Source of the DNA: a virus
Lineage: Duplodnaviria > Heunggongvirae > Uroviricota > Caudoviricetes > Demerecviridae
IMG/VR virus record: IMGVR_UViG_2757320985_000001
Strand: one strand, 5' to 3'
Length of the DNA: 64,000 nt
Shown here piece by piece: positions 61,015 through 64,000 of the stretch (positions within the stretch are counted from its first letter, which is position 1; every line of letters starts with the position of its first letter). A program made the position numbers and the translations under genes. Under the pieces are notes generated by a model. The model saw only the letters and a program-made list of their open reading frames with translations. It made no database searches and was not told the DNA's origin.

Positions 61015-62487
61015 ATGACCTTGTTTAACGTGCAAGCTGTAGTGTTGAAGATGCTTCTCGCTTCTGAACAGAAGCAAATAGCATTGGAAACATTCTCAAA
61101 ACTGCATAAAGATCATTTTAATGACGCTTTCTCCTCAATTTACCAAGCCGTCCAGAATTATTATAAGAAATATAACGCAATGCCGTCCATTGACGCACTG
61201 ATGCTTGAGGCCAATAGGAACGCCCGCCTTTCTCAAGCTCTTGTCGTCTTAGCTAACACTCAAATTCCAGAAGTGAGCATGGAACAGGCACTTGAAGTCC
61301 TAGAAGCCGAATATACACAGGATCTATTCCTGAAACTTCTAGAAACAGACGTGCTTCAAGATTTAACAATGCTGGATCAGGGAGAAATTCTCAACCGAGT
61401 TGCCTCCCTTCACTTAAAATTAGAAGAGAAAGTAACGAATACTGGAAAGGTATTCAACGCAGACACAATGCGTATTTTCCAGAGAGAAGAAGATACCAAA
61501 CTGAACTTGATCGCTCTTGGTATTTGTAATGAGTTCGACGCTCAAATTGGTTTAGCTCGCACAGAAACGTTACTGCTTGGTGGTTGGCGTGGTACTGGTA
61601 AATCCATTATCTGTTCAAACATACAGGTTCAGCAATATTTGAATGGAGACATTGCTCCATACTTCTCAATTGAGATGAAAGAGCACGAAGTGTTTAGACG
61701 TAATCTGGCTATGTTAGCTGGAGTATCTGCATTAGCAATGCGTAATAACACTCTTGAAGGTGCTGCTCTGTTGAGATTAGCCAGAACTAGGGCTAGGATG
61801 TTTAATGGGGGTGAAGAGCTTTTCGATAACTTCGTTAAGCAATACACTATGGCTAAAATGAGTGACTTCTATGATATGGAAAGTAAACTCCTTGAAGGCT
61901 ATGAGCTTCACACTCCTATGATCATCGTTTACGATCCTGAACTGTCTATTACGACGGTTGACGTAGAATTAAATAAACTAGTTGCTAAATATGGTGATAA
62001 GGTTACTGTAGCTCTTCTAGACTATATTAACCAAACAAGACTTCCAGATTCAAAGACCATTGATATGTATGACTGGAAAGAACAGATGGTTGTTAGTTCA
62101 TCTTTCAAATCTATCTGCCAGAAACATAACGTGGCTGGTGTTGCCCCTTACCAGATTGACCAAGATGGTAGAACGCGTATGTCTAAAGGGATTCTTGATT
62201 CCGCAGATATGGCTGCTAATCTTAATGCTGCAAAAGCTGATAACGGTCAAGGTGCTATTATGTTTGACTTCGTTAAGACTCGTTCCTCTGATAGTGTGAA
62301 GTTTATGCCTAAGATGAACTGGGAAACTCTGCGAATGGATAACACTACCAACCTAGCAATGGAAGATATTGCGCAAATGGAAGCTGAGTTCGTTATTCCT
62401 ATTGAAAAGGATAAACCAGCTCAACCTAAACGTGCTAAGAAAGACAAAGCTGAAAATTCAACAGGTGAACAGGCCAGCGATATATGA
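61015..62487 (+). CDS. DnaB-like replicative helicase
   Basis: P-loop GGWRGTGKS. RecA-like core. The start chosen is the ATG with an AAAGGAGA RBS, inside ORF 60964-62487. Confidence 0.55.
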   Translation: MTLFNVQAVVLKMLLASEQKQIALETFSKLHKDHFNDAFSSIYQAVQNYYKKYNAMPSIDALMLEANRNARLSQALVVLANTQIPEVSMEQALEVLEAEYTQDLFLKLLETDVLQDLTMLDQGEILNRVASLHLKLEEKVTNTGKVFNADTMRIFQREEDTKLNLIALGICNEFDAQIGLARTETLLLGGWRGTGKSIICSNIQVQQYLNGDIAPYFSIEMKEHEVFRRNLAMLAGVSALAMRNNTLEGAALLRLARTRARMFNGGEELFDNFVKQYTMAKMSDFYDMESKLLEGYELHTPMIIVYDPELSITTVDVELNKLVAKYGDKVTVALLDYINQTRLPDSKTIDMYDWKEQMVVSSSFKSICQKHNVAGVAPYQIDQDGRTRMSKGILDSADMAANLNAAKADNGQGAIMFDFVKTRSSDSVKFMPKMNWETLRMDNTTNLAMEDIAQMEAEFVIPIEKDKPAQPKRAKKDKAENSTGEQASDI

Positions 62488-63374
62488 GTAGAATAACAGA
62501 ACTACTTGATCTGAAAGGCATTGAATACAAAGACACAGGTGGGGACATCCTCATCTGTTGTCTCAATCCAGATCATGATGATAAACACCCAAGTTTGCGT
62601 ATTGATCCTGAATCAGGTATTATGCACTGCTTGAGTTGTGGCTTCGGTAGAGGAATACCGAGCATTTACCATTATTTTAATGAGACTCAGTACAGACAGT
62701 CACCAAGATTGTCACAAGTACGTAAAAAGATTTCAGAGATTAGGAATGGATCTACGAATCTTGCAATTCCTGAATCTGCTTACCTTTTCGAAGGTGATTT
62801 CCGAGGTATCAGTTCTAAGACCTTGAAGAAATATTTTGCTTTCCAACATCAAGCAGACTGGGAAGGCAGAATTGTATTCCCAATAACAGATGCTGTTGGA
62901 CGCAATATCCTATTTCTGGGACGTTCTATAAACAGTTCTGCCCCTCCTAAATACTTAGTAAAACCAAAACAAGTTTCACCACCGATTTTCCCTGTACGAT
63001 ATAATACACCAGTTCTTGTTCTAGTTGAAGGTATCTTTGATATGTTAAATCTAGAAGATAACGGTGTGGATTATGCTTCTTGCTGCTTTGGTACACATCA
63101 GTTTACATCTGATAACATTGCTGATAAGTTCAGTCCTTACATTATTGCTGGAGTAAGAGTAGTAGTTATCCTATTAGATAATGATGCCTCTGGTAATAAA
63201 GCTGCTCAAGCACTAGCGAAGCTAATTCGTACAAAAACACGTTTAACACCTGTAGTTGGTAACTTCCTTCTTCCAGAAGGCAAAGACCCAGGTGATTTAA
63301 ATAAAGAAGAGATCGATATGTTGGCTCAACGTATTGAAATTTTAGTTGCCGAATCGCTCAAAGATTTGGTATAA
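62484..63374 (+). CDS. DnaG-like DNA primase (Zn ribbon + Toprim)
   Basis: CCLNPDHDDKHPS...HCLSCG Zn ribbon. Toprim LVLVEGIFDMLNL and DNDASG. Confidence 0.7.
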   Translation: MSRITELLDLKGIEYKDTGGDILICCLNPDHDDKHPSLRIDPESGIMHCLSCGFGRGIPSIYHYFNETQYRQSPRLSQVRKKISEIRNGSTNLAIPESAYLFEGDFRGISSKTLKKYFAFQHQADWEGRIVFPITDAVGRNILFLGRSINSSAPPKYLVKPKQVSPPIFPVRYNTPVLVLVEGIFDMLNLEDNGVDYASCCFGTHQFTSDNIADKFSPYIIAGVRVVVILLDNDASGNKAAQALAKLIRTKTRLTPVVGNFLLPEGKDPGDLNKEEIDMLAQRIEILVAESLKDLV

Positions 63375-63436
63375 TATATTGGTAAGTTAGAGAAGAAACA
63401 CTGAAGTTATACTTACTTACCAAAAGGAGACTAAAT

Positions 63437-64000
63437 TTGAAAATTGCAGTAGTTGATAAAGCTCTAAATAACACTCGTTATGATAAACACTTCCAGCTTT
63501 ACGGTGAGGAAGTTGATGTATTCCATATGTGTAACGAGAAGTTATCTGGCCGTTTGCTGAAAAAGCATATTACAATCGGAACTCCAGATAACCCGTTCGA
63601 TCCGAACGATTACGATTTTGTTATACTGGTTGGTGCTGAACCTTTCCTGTATTTCGCAGGTAAGAAAGGTATCGGTGATTATACTGGTAAACGTGTAGAG
63701 CATGGCGGCTATGCCAATTGGATTGCAAGCATTAGTCCAGCTCAGTTACACTTTAAACCTGAAATGAAACCAGTTTTCGATGCAACTGTAGAAAGTATTC
63801 ACGATATTATTAATGGTCGTGAGAAGATCGCAAAAGCTGGTGATTATCGTCCTATTACTGATCCAGATGAAGCTGAAGAATACATCAAGATGGTGTATAA
63901 CATGGTTATCGGACCTATCGCATTCGACTCCGAAACCTCAGCTTTGTACGCTCGTGATGGTTATCTGCTTGGTGTTTCTATGTCTCACCAAGAGTATCAG
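63437..64000 (+). CDS. DNA polymerase (family A, T5-type), N-terminal part; TTG start; runs off the window
   Basis: AAAGGAG RBS then TTG. N-terminus KIAVVDKALNNTRYDKHF matches my recollection of the T5 polymerase start. FDSETSAL exonuclease Exo I-like motif. Confidence 0.65.
   Translation, partial: MKIAVVDKALNNTRYDKHFQLYGEEVDVFHMCNEKLSGRLLKKHITIGTPDNPFDPNDYDFVILVGAEPFLYFAGKKGIGDYTGKRVEHGGYANWIASISPAQLHFKPEMKPVFDATVESIHDIINGREKIAKAGDYRPITDPDEAEEYIKMVYNMVIGPIAFDSETSALYARDGYLLGVSMSHQEYQ

Noticed and set aside
1-64000. CRISPR arrays, integrase or attachment sites, and terminal repeats
   Set aside because: No direct-repeat/spacer periodicity was seen. No tyrosine or serine recombinase motifs appear among the ORFs. 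No long direct repeat of the window ends is visible.

Overview
This window reads as the early-gene region of a T5-like siphovirus (Tequintavirus-like), not a T4-like phage. Several pieces of evidence support this:
- A near-verbatim copy of the classic T5 early promoter PN25 (TTGCTT-17-TGTATAAT, then the leader ATAAATTTGAGAGAGGAG) lies at 55696-55769.
- There is a 137-aa M15 L-Ala-D-Glu peptidase endolysin.
- An NAD-dependent DNA ligase is split into two ORFs.
- A DnaB-like helicase, a DnaG-like primase and a family-A DNA polymerase N-terminus (TTG start at 63437) are present.
- Nucleotide-metabolism genes are nrdA/nrdB, nrdD, thyA, DHFR, dNMP kinase, thioredoxin and PhoH.
- A Ser/Thr phosphatase and RNase HI are also encoded.

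Bases 1-46607 are transcribed almost entirely on the minus strand. Bases 46951-64000 are transcribed on the plus strand. A divergent control region with sigma70-consensus promoters lies at about 46608-46950.

The most striking sequence-level feature is a conserved promoter-plus-leader cassette of about 60 bp, repeated at least 27 times. These copies drive nearly every transcription unit.

The centre of the window (17.8-27.3 kb, plus 32.7 kb) holds about 31 tRNA genes, all on the minus strand. Small ORFs are interleaved between them, including Zn-ribbon peptides and an HNH homing endonuclease whose 3' end overlaps a tRNA. Several tRNA-like or pseudo-tRNA elements and 200-800-nt non-coding stretches in this array may encode small RNAs.

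Accessory genes of note:
- A PnuC-NadR nicotinamide-riboside salvage pair, and elsewhere a Sir2-family protein and the NAD ligase.
- Both an HslV-like (Ntn, Thr1) and a ClpP-like peptidase.
- An NfeD-like/SPFH (band-7) pair.
- An orphan receiver (REC) domain next to a secreted SleB-like cell-wall hydrolase.
- A GatB/YqeY protein.
- An i-spanin/o-spanin overlapped pair.
- A plus-strand three-gene island (29763-31404) driven by a host-type TTGACA promoter. It encodes a Gly/Ala/Gln-rich protein, a prion-like Q-rich protein and a Cys-doublet peptide, with host-like codon usage.
- A 905-aa putative primase-polymerase/helicase fusion behind a 570-nt leader.

No CRISPR array or integrase was seen.

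All tRNA coordinates and anticodons come from manual folding and are approximate.
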